A DNA stretch of 35,629 nt from Acidobacteriota bacterium (GTDB lineage: Bacteria; Acidobacteriota; UBA4820; DSQY01), in NCBI GenBank assembly GCA_049967655.1, contig JBMFSH010000029.1, positions 1 to 35,629 on the forward strand, in the 5' to 3' direction. Under the pieces are notes generated by a model. It made no database searches. It saw nothing but the letters and a program-made list of their open reading frames with translations, and was not told where the DNA came from. Below, in pieces: positions 19,961 through 28,723 of the stretch. How positions within the stretch are numbered: the stretch's first letter is position 1; each line of letters starts with the position of its first letter. A program made the translations under genes and the position numbers.

Positions 19961-21350
19961 GAGCGGCCTCCTTCCCGGCGACGGCGGCCTCGGCGGCCTG
20001 CCCGAAGAACCGCCGGTGGAGCGAGCGCACCGCCGAGGCCAGGTCGGATTCGGCGATGACGAAGCCCAGGGCCACCTCGGAACCTCCCTCCGAGATGAGG
20101 GAGACGGGCACCTCTCCGAGGGCGTCGAAAACCCGGCCCGCGAGGCCGGGCTGGTCCCTGAGCCCTTCCCCCACCACGCAGACCACGGCCTGTCCCTCGC
20201 GGACGGTGACGGAGCCCAGCTTGGACAGTTCGCGCAGGGCCGATTGAAGGCTGGGGCAGCCCTGGAAGGCCATGGCCACGGAGACCTCGGAGGTGGCGAG
20301 GGCGTCGGGGACGACGCCGTGCCGGTCGAGGATCTCGAAGAGGCGGGCCAGGAAGCCGTGGGCCTTGAACATGCGGGCCGAGACGAGATGGACGAGGGTC
20401 ACTCCCTCCTTGTAGGCGATGCTGCGCACCGGGCGACCGTCCCGCGGGGCTTCCGCCAGGACGAGCGTGCCGCGGCCCTCGGCGCGCCGCGTGTTGAGCA
20501 CCCGCACGGGGATGCCGCGCTCCACCGCCGGGGCCAGCGTCTTGGGATGGAGGACGCGGGCGCCGAAGAAGGCCAGCTCCGCCGCCTCGCGGAAGCTCAT
20601 GACGGGTATGTTTCTGGCCTCCGGGACGAGCGATGGGTCGGCCGTCATGATCCCGTCCACGTCGGTCCAGATCTCGATCTCCTCGGCTCCGAGGGCGGCG
20701 CCGATGAGGGAGGCAGTGAAGTCCGAGCCTCCCCGGCCCAGGGTGGTGGGCGCACCCGAGAGGTCCCGGGCGATGAAGCCCTGCGTCACGGGCACGAGGC
20801 GGCGGGCCAGCAGGGGAGCGAAGGCCTCGCGGCAGCGGTGGCCCGTCTCCTCGATCAGGGGTTCGGCGCCGCCGTGGATGGATTCGGTCACCACCAGCTC
20901 GCGGACGTCCACCCAGACGGTGGGAAGCCCGCGCGCGGCCAGGGCCGCCGACACCAGCCGGCTGGAGAGCAGCTCGCCGAAGTGGAGCAGGCGGTCCTGC
21001 ACGGCCGGCGAGAACTCCTCCACGGCCGCGAGCCCGCCCGCCAGCCGCTCGATGGAGGCGAAGTCTCGGTCGAAGTGCGTCAGAAGAGCCCGCCTCTCCT
21101 GGGCCGCCTCCAGCAGTTCCCCGGCCAGCCGCGCGTGGAGGAGCCGCAGGTCTCGCAGGAGCTGGAGGCCGAAATCGAGGCGTCCCGAAGCCGCGGCTCG
21201 TCCCATGGCCTCCAGTGCGTCGGTAGTGTGCCCCACGGCGGAGACCACGAGCAGGAGCGGCTCGGAGGCCCTGCTCCGGGTGATGGCGGCCAGGCGCAGG
21301 ATGGCCTCCGTGTCGCCCACCGAAGTGCCGCCGAACTTCAAAACGCGCAT
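19953..21350 (-). CDS. lysC: Aspartate kinase with two ACT domains
   Basis: VLKFGGTSVG, GELLSS, TTLGRGGSDFTA, WTDVDG and GARVLHP. Confidence 0.94.
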   Translation of the reverse strand: MRVLKFGGTSVGDTEAILRLAAITRSRASEPLLLVVSAVGHTTDALEAMGRAAASGRLDFGLQLLRDLRLLHARLAGELLEAAQERRALLTHFDRDFASIERLAGGLAAVEEFSPAVQDRLLHFGELLSSRLVSAALAARGLPTVWVDVRELVVTESIHGGAEPLIEETGHRCREAFAPLLARRLVPVTQGFIARDLSGAPTTLGRGGSDFTASLIGAALGAEEIEIWTDVDGIMTADPSLVPEARNIPVMSFREAAELAFFGARVLHPKTLAPAVERGIPVRVLNTRRAEGRGTLVLAEAPRDGRPVRSIAYKEGVTLVHLVSARMFKAHGFLARLFEILDRHGVVPDALATSEVSVAMAFQGCPSLQSALRELSKLGSVTVREGQAVVCVVGEGLRDQPGLAGRVFDALGEVPVSLISEGGSEVALGFVIAESDLASAVRSLHRRFFGQAAEAAVAGKEAARG

Positions 21351-22471
21351 GGCGGGCGCCCTTTCCCGAGGAAGGCGGCGAGCAGGAGGTCGAGCGCGGC
21401 GGTCTCCACGAGGAAGGCGTCGTGGCCGAACCGGGAGCTCAGCTCGGCGTAGGAGGCCCGCGCGCCGAGGGCCGCGAGGCGCTCGGCGGTGGCGCGGAGC
21501 GGACCCGGCGCGAAGAGCACGTCCGAGTCGATGCCCACGACCAGCACCGGAGCGCGGATCGTCGCCATGGCCTCCTCCGGCGAGGCAAAACCGGCGGAGG
21601 CGTCGTGGAGGTCCATCATGCGGGTGAAGGCCACGTAGCTGCGGGCGTCGAAGCGCCGCACGAGTTTCTCGCCCTGGTAGGCGAGGTAGCGCTCCACCTG
21701 AAAGGGGTTGGAGGCGGAAAGGCGCGCCGCCGCCTCCGGCTCCAGCCGCTCGCGTCCGAAGCGCTCCTCGAAGAGGCCTTCGCTCCGGTAGGAGACCATG
21801 GCGATGGCGCGGGCCAGGGCCAGGCCGCGCTCGGGGCCGTTCCCCTCATAGCGCCCCTGGCGCCAGGCAGGATCCAACTCAATGGCGCGCCGGGCCGCGG
21901 CGTTCAGGGCGATGGACCAGGCCGTGGCCCGGAAGGGGCCGGCGATGGGGACGGCGGCGGCCACGAAGTCGGGGAACTGGACGGCCCATTGCCAAGCCAG
22001 CATGGCGCCCAGGGAGCCGCCCAGCACGAGGGCCAGGCGGCGCACGCCGAGGTGGTCGAGGAGGGCCTTGAAGGCCCGCACTGCGTCCCGCGTGGTCACC
22101 ACGGGGAAGGAGGCCCCGTAAGGCCTGCCGGTCTTCGGATCGGCGCTGCCCGGCCCCGTGGAGCCGTAACAGCCGCCGGGGATGTTGGCGCAGACCAGGA
22201 AATACCGGGAGGGGTCCAGCGTCCGGCCAGGCCCGACGAGTCCCTCCCACCAGCCCGGCTCGTCCTGTGGGCCGTGGGAGGCGGCGTGAGGGCCGCCGGT
22301 CAGGGCGTGGCACAAAAAGACGGCGTTGTCGCCGGCCTCGTTCAAGGCTCCCCAGGTCTCGTAGGAGAGGGTCAGATCGCGCAGGACGCCGCCACCTTCG
22401 AGCGGAAAGGGCCCGGGAAGGAGGCAAAGCTTCTGAGAGCGGGGATCGGGGGCCTGGGCTGGCTGGCTCAT
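21338..22471 (-). CDS. metX: Homoserine O-acyltransferase (MetX family, probably acetyltransferase)
   Basis: YETWG, CHALTG, GGCYGSTGP, catalytic GGSLG, DSDVLF and GHDAFL. Confidence 0.93.
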   Translation of the reverse strand: MSQPAQAPDPRSQKLCLLPGPFPLEGGGVLRDLTLSYETWGALNEAGDNAVFLCHALTGGPHAASHGPQDEPGWWEGLVGPGRTLDPSRYFLVCANIPGGCYGSTGPGSADPKTGRPYGASFPVVTTRDAVRAFKALLDHLGVRRLALVLGGSLGAMLAWQWAVQFPDFVAAAVPIAGPFRATAWSIALNAAARRAIELDPAWRQGRYEGNGPERGLALARAIAMVSYRSEGLFEERFGRERLEPEAAARLSASNPFQVERYLAYQGEKLVRRFDARSYVAFTRMMDLHDASAGFASPEEAMATIRAPVLVVGIDSDVLFAPGPLRATAERLAALGARASYAELSSRFGHDAFLVETAALDLLLAAFLGKGRPPCAF

Positions 22472-23748
22472 GCCTTCTCCAGGGCCTGGCCGAGATCGGC
22501 CAGGAGGTCGTCGACGTGTTCCAGGCCGACCGAGAGACGCACCAGGTCGGGGGTGATGCCGCCCTTGAGCTGGTCCTCCTCGCTGAGCTGGGAGTGGGTC
22601 GTGGTGGCCGGGTGGATGGCCAGGCTCTTGGCGTCCCCCACGTTGGCGAGGTGGGAGAAGAGGCGCAGCCCGTCGATGAAGCGCCCTCCCGCCTCGGCGC
22701 CGCCGCGCACCCCGAAGACCACCATGCCGCCGAAGCCTCCGCTCAGCACGCGGAGCGCCGTCGCGTGAGCGGGATCCTCCTCCAGTCCCGGGTAGCGCAC
22801 CCAGGTCACTTTGGGGTGGGCCTGGAGGAAGCGGGCCACCGAGAGGGCGTTCCGGCAGTGGCGCTCCATCCTCAAGGGCAGCGTCTCGATCCCCTGGAGG
22901 GCGTACCAGGCGTTGTCCGGGTTCAGGCAGGCGCCGAGGTTGCGCAGGGGGACGGTGCGGGCGCGCACGATGAACGCGATTGCGGAGAGCGGCCCCAAGT
23001 CGTGCGCGAAGCGCAGGCCGTGGTAGCTCGGCTCGGGCTCGTTATAGAGGGCGAACTTGGGGTTCCTCCAGTCGAAGCGTCCCGAGTCCACGATGATCCC
23101 GCCGATGAAGGTGCCGTGGCCTCCGATCCACTTGGTCAAGGAGTGGACCACGATGTCGGCGCCCTGCTCGATGGGCCGGCAGAGGAAGGGCGTGGCGAAG
23201 GTGTTGTCCACGATGAGCGGGAGGCCGTGGGCCTTGGCGACGGCCGCAACGGCGGGGATGTCCACCACGTCGAGAGCCGGATTCCCGATGGTCTCCACGA
23301 AGAGCGCCCGGGTCTTGGGCGTGATGGCGCTCGCGAAATGGGACGGATCGAGGGGGTCCACGAAGCGGGTGTGGATGCCGAACTGGGGGAGGATGTCGTG
23401 GAACTGGGTGTGGGTGCCGCCGTAGAGGTTGGAGGCGGAGACGATCTCGTCCCCCGATCGGGCGAGGTTGACGACGGCCGTGAAGATGGCGGCCGTGCCG
23501 GAGCTCACGGCCAGCGCGGCGGCCCCTCCTTCGAGGGCGGCCACGCGCTTCTCGAGAACGTCGTGGGTGGGATTCTGGAGGCGCGTGTAGATGTTGCCGA
23601 GCTCCTTGAGGGCGAAGAGGTTGGCCGCGTGCTCCGTGCTCTTGAAGACGTAGCTGCTCGTGCGGTGGATGGGGAGCGCGCGGGCGCCTGTCTCGTCGAT
23701 GGGCTGTCCCGCATGAAGGCAGAGGGTCTCGAAACGGAAATCGGCCAT
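22468..23748 (-). CDS. metY: O-acetylhomoserine aminocarboxypropyltransferase (sulfhydrylase)
   Basis: ATG 23748 with GGAGGA RBS. FETLCLHAG, GNIYTRLQNPT, DNTFATP, PLP site HSLTKWIGGHG and ANVGDAKSLAIHPATTTH. Confidence 0.95.
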   Translation of the reverse strand: MADFRFETLCLHAGQPIDETGARALPIHRTSSYVFKSTEHAANLFALKELGNIYTRLQNPTHDVLEKRVAALEGGAAALAVSSGTAAIFTAVVNLARSGDEIVSASNLYGGTHTQFHDILPQFGIHTRFVDPLDPSHFASAITPKTRALFVETIGNPALDVVDIPAVAAVAKAHGLPLIVDNTFATPFLCRPIEQGADIVVHSLTKWIGGHGTFIGGIIVDSGRFDWRNPKFALYNEPEPSYHGLRFAHDLGPLSAIAFIVRARTVPLRNLGACLNPDNAWYALQGIETLPLRMERHCRNALSVARFLQAHPKVTWVRYPGLEEDPAHATALRVLSGGFGGMVVFGVRGGAEAGGRFIDGLRLFSHLANVGDAKSLAIHPATTTHSQLSEEDQLKGGITPDLVRLSVGLEHVDDLLADLGQALEKA

Positions 23749-23775
23749 GCTTTCCTCCCGGCAAGAGCCAGAAAC

Positions 23776-23807
23776 AAAAAACCCGCCTCGGCCGAAGCCG
23801 GACGGGT
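23776..23807 (-). terminator. Intrinsic terminator-like hairpin in the met operon leader (attenuator)
   Basis: Minus strand ACCCGTCCGGC-TTCG-GCCGAGGCGGGT followed by a T run, between the SAM-II aptamer and the metY RBS. Confidence 0.8.
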
Positions 23808-23816
23808 CGCGTCCAT

Positions 23817-23868
23817 GCTTTAGCCGCATTTCTTAAGCGCCCGCAAGCTATGGTTCAAATCGGCGCCC
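23817..23868 (-). ncRNA. SAM-II riboswitch aptamer
   Basis: Minus strand GGGCGCCGATTTGAACCATAGCTTGCGGGCGCTTAAGAAATGCGGCTAAAGC matches the SAM-II pattern GCGC.GATTT...TTGC..GCGC...AAATG..GCTAAA. P1 GGGCGCC/GGCGCTT plus pseudoknot pairing. Lies in the leader of metY-metX. Confidence 0.85.
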
Positions 23869-23881
23869 AAATCAAGGCGAG

Positions 23882-23910
23882 AATGTAGCACCCGGCCCGT
23901 GGGCTGTCAA
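23882..23910 (-). promoter_or_regulatory. Sigma70-type promoter of the met operon
   Basis: Minus strand TTGACA-17 bp-TACATT with an extended -10 TG, ending about 14 bp upstream of the aptamer. Confidence 0.8.
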
Positions 23911-24019
23911 GGGACGGGCGCGATCCTGGTTTGCCGGGTTTCCGCCGAAGGCCGTTTGGGACTATAAGGGTTCAGGGGCGCGTGCCCCGCGGGATCATCC
24001 CATTGCATAGGAGTGGCCC

Positions 24020-25117
24020 ATGTCTAAAACGACGCTTTTGAGAGGTACGGCCATCACGCTTGGGTTGGCCGCCTTCACCGTGGCCGGGCTATCCGCCTCG
24101 CCGCCGTCCCAAGGAAGGACCACTCCTCCGCCGCCAAAGAGAGCCGTTGCGGCGCCGAACCCCACCGTCGTGGAGATCCCCGGGGGCTCGGGCGGCGTCC
24201 GCTTCGACGACCTGCAGTACTCCTCCCTTCTCGGCAAGCTCCTGCTCCCCGCAGGGAAGACGGGGGACCTCGATCTGGTGGACCCCCACACTCTCGCCGT
24301 GACGGCCATTTCCGGTTTCAGCACGGGTTCCGCGGGGAAGCACCGCTGGGGAGAGGGCACCACCTCCGTGGACGAGGGGGCCGGCTTCCTCTTCGCCAGC
24401 GACCGGACGACCCGGACCGTGAAGGTTGTCGACCCGGCCTCCAAAAAGATCGTGGCCAGCGCCCCCCTCGCCTCCGGTCCGGACTACGTGCGCTACGTGG
24501 CCCCCACGCGGGAGATCTGGGTGACCGAACCGGGCGCCGAACAGATTGAGCTTTTCCGCCTTCCGGAGGGGAAGGCGCCGACGCCCGTGCACGAGGCCAT
24601 CATCTCCGTCCCCGGCGGACCGGAGTCGCTCGTCATCGACGCCCAACGCGGCCTGGCCTACGTCAACCTCTGGAAGGATCAGACCCTCGCCATCGACCTG
24701 CATAAGCGGACCATCGTGTCGAGGTGGCCTAACGGCTGTGAGGGCTCCAGGGGGCTCGCCCTGGATGCCCCGGATGGCCGGCTCTTCGTGGGGTGCGCAG
24801 AGGGAGGCGCCTCGGTCCTGGATGTGGCTCACGGAGGCAAGGTGCTGGACCATTTGAAGGCGGGTGAAGGCGTGGACATCATCGCCTACGACCCGGTCCT
24901 CCGCCACCTCTACGTGCCCGGAGCGCGCAGCGCCACCCTCTCCATCCTGGGAGTCTCGACGACGGGGAAGCTGTCCCTTCTCGGCACCTTCCCGACGGAG
25001 AAGGGCTGCCACGGGGTGGCCGCCGCCGGAGGGAGGGCCTTCGTCCCCGATCCCCATGGAGGCCGGCTGCTGGTCATCGCGGACCCCTACCCGCCGGCAC
25101 TACGATCACCGGGCTGA
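24020..25117 (+). CDS. Secreted YncE-like beta-propeller protein
   Basis: AGGAG RBS, signal peptide, Pro-rich linker, GVRFDDLQY, propeller repeats (GPDYVRY, GGPESL, GLALD..RLFVGC, GVDIIAYD). Confidence 0.75.
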   Translation: MSKTTLLRGTAITLGLAAFTVAGLSASPPSQGRTTPPPPKRAVAAPNPTVVEIPGGSGGVRFDDLQYSSLLGKLLLPAGKTGDLDLVDPHTLAVTAISGFSTGSAGKHRWGEGTTSVDEGAGFLFASDRTTRTVKVVDPASKKIVASAPLASGPDYVRYVAPTREIWVTEPGAEQIELFRLPEGKAPTPVHEAIISVPGGPESLVIDAQRGLAYVNLWKDQTLAIDLHKRTIVSRWPNGCEGSRGLALDAPDGRLFVGCAEGGASVLDVAHGGKVLDHLKAGEGVDIIAYDPVLRHLYVPGARSATLSILGVSTTGKLSLLGTFPTEKGCHGVAAAGGRAFVPDPHGGRLLVIADPYPPALRSPG

Positions 25118-25280
25118 GGTTTCCCAGCTCGCACGTGAAGGGTTTGGTGACGATGCGTTCGGCGGCCTGCTTCCTCTTGCGGCCCTCCGGCCCAGGGCCG
25201 AAGACGATGGCCTCGTAGGTCCTGTGGGAGCCGGGGAGGTGGATCTCGTCCACCCGGTCGTGGCACGTGAGGTAGGCGCC
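25095..25280 (-). pseudogene. Internal fragment of an aldehyde dehydrogenase
   Basis: GAYLTCHDRVDEIHLPGS...TKPFTCELGNLSPVIVVP resembles the ALDH TGS and ELG.. segment. Only about 62 codons, no proper start or end. Confidence 0.65.
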
Positions 25281-25627
25281 TGCTGGGAGACGGATTGAAC
25301 CCCCCCAAGCAGCGGAGAGGCTTCGCCGGCGAAGGGAGATTCCGGCACTCAGGGGGGGCGGAAAAGAGCTGACCAAACAAGGGGCGCGTGAGTCCTCTGG
25401 TGGAGGCTTCGGCTGTCCTGGATGTGCTCCGCCGGCCATTCCTCGCCCTGGTCGAAGACGCGCTAGCGATCGGGTTCGTTGAACATCCGCCTGATCGTGG
25501 GAGAGGGCGCTGAAATCGAGGCCGCTGGGAATCAGGAGGCCCGGCGCGACCTCGGAGAGGCCGGCGGCCACCGCGGCGGACCGAACAAGCGACTAGGCGA
25601 GGATGGGATTTCGAGGCCAACCGCTCC

Positions 25628-25659
25628 ATCGCCCAATCGCCTAATCGCCCAATCTCCCC
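25628..25659. repeat. Tandem octamer repeat ATCGCCYA
   Basis: atcgccca atcgccta atcgccca atctcccc. Confidence 0.65.
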
Positions 25660-25780
25660 TTGCCTCAGAGTCTTCCTGGTAACCCTCTCCTCCCGAGCGG
25701 CAGAGTCTCTTCTCCCCAGGCCCGAGCTCGGATAGAATGCGCGTCAACCGGCGTGCCGGCTTCGAGAAAGGAGACGACGC

Positions 25781-27367
25781 ATGGGTCGTCAGATCTGGAC
25801 CACCAAGCCTCTGAGCCTGATTCACGAGGAGATGAAGGGGGAGAACCGGCTGCGGCGGGTCCTCGGTCCCGTCCAGCTCAGCAGCCTGGGCGTGGGGGCC
25901 ATCATCGGGACCGGGATCTTCGTGCTCACCGGCCAGGCGGCCCACGACAAGGCGGGCCCGGCCCTCATCCTCTCCTTCGTGGTCTCGGGCATCGCGTGCA
26001 TCTTCGCCGCCCTCTGCTACGCCGAATTCGCCTCCATGGCGCCCGTTGCCGGTTCCGCCTATACCTATGCCTACACCACGCTGGGCGAACTGATGGCCTG
26101 GATCATCGGATGGGACCTCGTGCTGGAGTACACAGTCACCTCGGCCACCGTGGCCCACGGGTGGTCCCACTATTTTCAGGACTTCCTGACCATCTTGGGC
26201 GTTCACATTCCCCACGCCTGGGGCTTCGCGCCCTTCGACTACAATCCCGCCACGGGCCGCTTCTTCTCCACCGGGGCCTTGGTGGACCTGCCCGCGGTGC
26301 TCATCGCCCTGGTGGTGACGGCCGTCCTCGTCAAGGGGATCCGGGAGAGCGCCGGCCTGAACACGGGCATCGTGTTCCTCAAGCTGGCCATCGTCCTCTT
26401 CGTCATCGTTCTGGGCTCCTTCTACGTGAATCCCGCCAACTGGCACCCCTTCGCCCCCTACGGCTACTCGGGGTTGAGCTTCTTCGGCAAGACGCTTCTG
26501 GGCAAGACCGACGCGGGGGGCAACCCCCTGGGAATGCTCGCCGGGGCGGCCATCATCTTCTTTGCCTACATCGGTTTCGACTCCCTCTCCACGCACGCGG
26601 AAGAGGCCAAGAACCCCCAGCGCGACGTCCCCATCGGCATCATCACTTCGCTGGTGTTGTGCACCGTTCTGTACATCGCCGTCTCGGCCGTTCTCACGGG
26701 CATGGTCCCCTACAACAAGATCAACATCGACGCTCCCATTTCCAACGCCTTCAGCCAAGTGGGGCTGCCCTGGGCACAGTTCATCGTGTCGCTCGGCGCC
26801 CTGGCGGGCATCACCTCGGTACTCCTCGTGATGATGCTGAGCCAGCCGCGCGTGCTGCTGGCCATGGCGCGGGACGGGCTCCTGCCCGAGAGCTTCTTCG
26901 GGGCCGTGCATCCCCGCTTCCGGACGCCGTGGAAGTCCACCATCCTCACCGGTTGCGTGGTGGCCACGGCGGCCGCCCTCCTGCCCCTGCGCATCCTCGC
27001 CGAGCTTACCAACATCGGCACGCTCCTGGCCTTCGTGATCGTCTGCGGTGCGGTGCTCATCATGCGCATCCGGCACCCCGAGACTCCCAGGCCCTTCCGG
27101 GCCCCGCTGGGCCTGGCCACGCCGATCCTCGGCATCCTGCTCTGTCTGATGCTCATGTTCTCGCTGCCCGTGGAAAACTGGTGGCGGCTCGTTATCTGGC
27201 TCGTCGTGGGTCTGCTGATCTACGTCGGTTACGGCCGACGCCACAGTGTGGTGGCCCGACTCATTCGCGAAGGCAGGGAGGCGGAACCGGCGTGGGATGC
27301 GGCGGAGGTTCAGGCCGTTCCGGCCATGGCGGACCCGCCTTCCCCAGCAAGAAAGAGAAAGCGGTAG
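25781..27367 (+). CDS. APC family amino acid permease (cationic amino acid transporter-like)
   Basis: GAIIGTGIFVLTG, ALCYAEFAS, GSAYTYAY, FFAYIGFD, AEEAKNPQRD, MARDGLLP and about 12 hydrophobic helices; AGGAG RBS. Confidence 0.94.
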   Translation: MGRQIWTTKPLSLIHEEMKGENRLRRVLGPVQLSSLGVGAIIGTGIFVLTGQAAHDKAGPALILSFVVSGIACIFAALCYAEFASMAPVAGSAYTYAYTTLGELMAWIIGWDLVLEYTVTSATVAHGWSHYFQDFLTILGVHIPHAWGFAPFDYNPATGRFFSTGALVDLPAVLIALVVTAVLVKGIRESAGLNTGIVFLKLAIVLFVIVLGSFYVNPANWHPFAPYGYSGLSFFGKTLLGKTDAGGNPLGMLAGAAIIFFAYIGFDSLSTHAEEAKNPQRDVPIGIITSLVLCTVLYIAVSAVLTGMVPYNKINIDAPISNAFSQVGLPWAQFIVSLGALAGITSVLLVMMLSQPRVLLAMARDGLLPESFFGAVHPRFRTPWKSTILTGCVVATAAALLPLRILAELTNIGTLLAFVIVCGAVLIMRIRHPETPRPFRAPLGLATPILGILLCLMLMFSLPVENWWRLVIWLVVGLLIYVGYGRRHSVVARLIREGREAEPAWDAAEVQAVPAMADPPSPARKRKR

Positions 27368-27560
27368 ACGGAGCCGGGAAGCCGGTCCGCGGGTGGGAGC
27401 AAGCCCCGGGGACGGCGCCGGAGGCCGGGCGCGCGACGGGGGCGCCGCGGCGGACGCCGGGGCTCCTCGCGAATCGGGCGGATTTGCGGAAGGAGCTTCA
27501 TTGGAGGAGAGTGGGGCAGGCCCGACGGGGTGGGCCGGGGTCGTCCGGGCGGAGGCAGGA

Positions 27561-27941
27561 ATGAGCGATCGCGAACAGCAGCCGGCCTGGCACGGGTATC
27601 TCCTCGCATTCATGATCGGAGTGGTCCTGGTTCCCCTCTCCCTCCTGCTCGATCCGAGGGACGAGCACCTCTCCGTGGTGATGGCCTGGTCGGCCCTCCT
27701 CTATTTCTTCTTTGGCGCCGTGGCCGGTGGGATGGTTCCGCGCGGCACGTGGAAGGTGGGGCTCTGCGTGGCCGCGCCCCTGCTCGGATTCGTCGCCACC
27801 AGCGTCTACTTGGTCACGGGCAAGGCTGAATACTTCGGGCGGGACCTGCCCGTGATCCTCGTCTCGTCGGTGGCGGCGGTGGCGGGCGGTTGGGCGGGCT
27901 CGCTCCTCGGTGTGCCCAAGGACAGGGCGGGCCGCGCCTGA
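27561..27941 (+). CDS. Small integral membrane protein (about 4 TM), function unknown
   Basis: ATG after GGAGG; 126 aa with four hydrophobic segments. Confidence 0.65.
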   Translation: MSDREQQPAWHGYLLAFMIGVVLVPLSLLLDPRDEHLSVVMAWSALLYFFFGAVAGGMVPRGTWKVGLCVAAPLLGFVATSVYLVTGKAEYFGRDLPVILVSSVAAVAGGWAGSLLGVPKDRAGRA

Positions 27942-27989
27942 ACGGACTTCGGCCGACGTTTCCTTCCGAGTGGAACATTTCGACGGCCC

Positions 27990-28565
27990 TCAGGCGGACG
28001 GGGCGGAGGGCCTCTTCCGGAGGAGCGCGGCGTGGCTGCGGGCGATGGGGGGCTCCCCGGCGGCGGTGAAGCCGGCGGCGAGGGCCAGGGTTCGGGTCTC
28101 CTCGAAATCGCGGCGGGGCACGTGGAGGATCGGCTCCCCGAGCAGGAGCAGGCCGCCCGGCTTGAGGGCCGCCTCGATCTGGCCCAGCAGCGCGGGAGGG
28201 TCCGGCACCTCATGGACCACGGCGTAGGCGAGGGCGAAATCGGCCGAGCCGGCCCTCTCCTCCAGCCCGAGGCTGTTCTGGGTGCACAGGTGGGCCTGGA
28301 TCCGGCCGTGCAGCCCCTTTCGTTTTGCCCGCCGTTCGAGCCGGGTCAGCATCCCCTCCTGCATGTCCACGCAGATCACCAGGCCGGAGGGCCCCACGAG
28401 GTGGGCTATGGGAAGGCTGAAGAAGCCCAGCGCGCACCCGATGTCCAGCGCCGTCATGCCCTCGCGCAGGTAGGGGGCCAGGATGGCGGCCGGATTCTGC
28501 GCCAGGGCGCGGACGGGGCTGGCCAGCAGGTAGCCCATCCAGACCGGGCAGGGACCGTGTTGCAT
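27990..28565 (-). CDS. Class I SAM-dependent methyltransferase
   Basis: GGAGG RBS; ALDIGCALGFF, VDMQ, VVHEVPD and LKPGG. Confidence 0.88.
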   Translation of the reverse strand: MQHGPCPVWMGYLLASPVRALAQNPAAILAPYLREGMTALDIGCALGFFSLPIAHLVGPSGLVICVDMQEGMLTRLERRAKRKGLHGRIQAHLCTQNSLGLEERAGSADFALAYAVVHEVPDPPALLGQIEAALKPGGLLLLGEPILHVPRRDFEETRTLALAAGFTAAGEPPIARSHAALLRKRPSAPSA

Positions 28566-28604
28566 GCGGGGCCTCCCTGAACGATGCTCTCCCACTGCCT
28601 GCGA

Positions 28605-28633
28605 AGCATGACCGTCCCGCGGAGCGGCGTCAA
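28605..28633 (-). promoter_or_regulatory. Putative sigma70 promoter for the methyltransferase
   Basis: Minus strand TTGACG-17 bp-CATGCT, 40 bp upstream of the start. Confidence 0.45.
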
Positions 28634-28723
28634 GCGGGCGCCTGTGGCACAATGGTGGCGGTTGAGGCGGCGTCCGGGCCGGGGGAAGGGGCGCCGTCGG
28701 TGCAGCCATTCGTGGAGGTGGCC

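Noticed and set aside
19914..23823. Long plus-strand ORFs antisense to lysC, metX and metY, and similar shadow ORFs throughout the window
   Set aside because: They are typical antisense shadows of high-GC coding sequence with no recognisable motifs.
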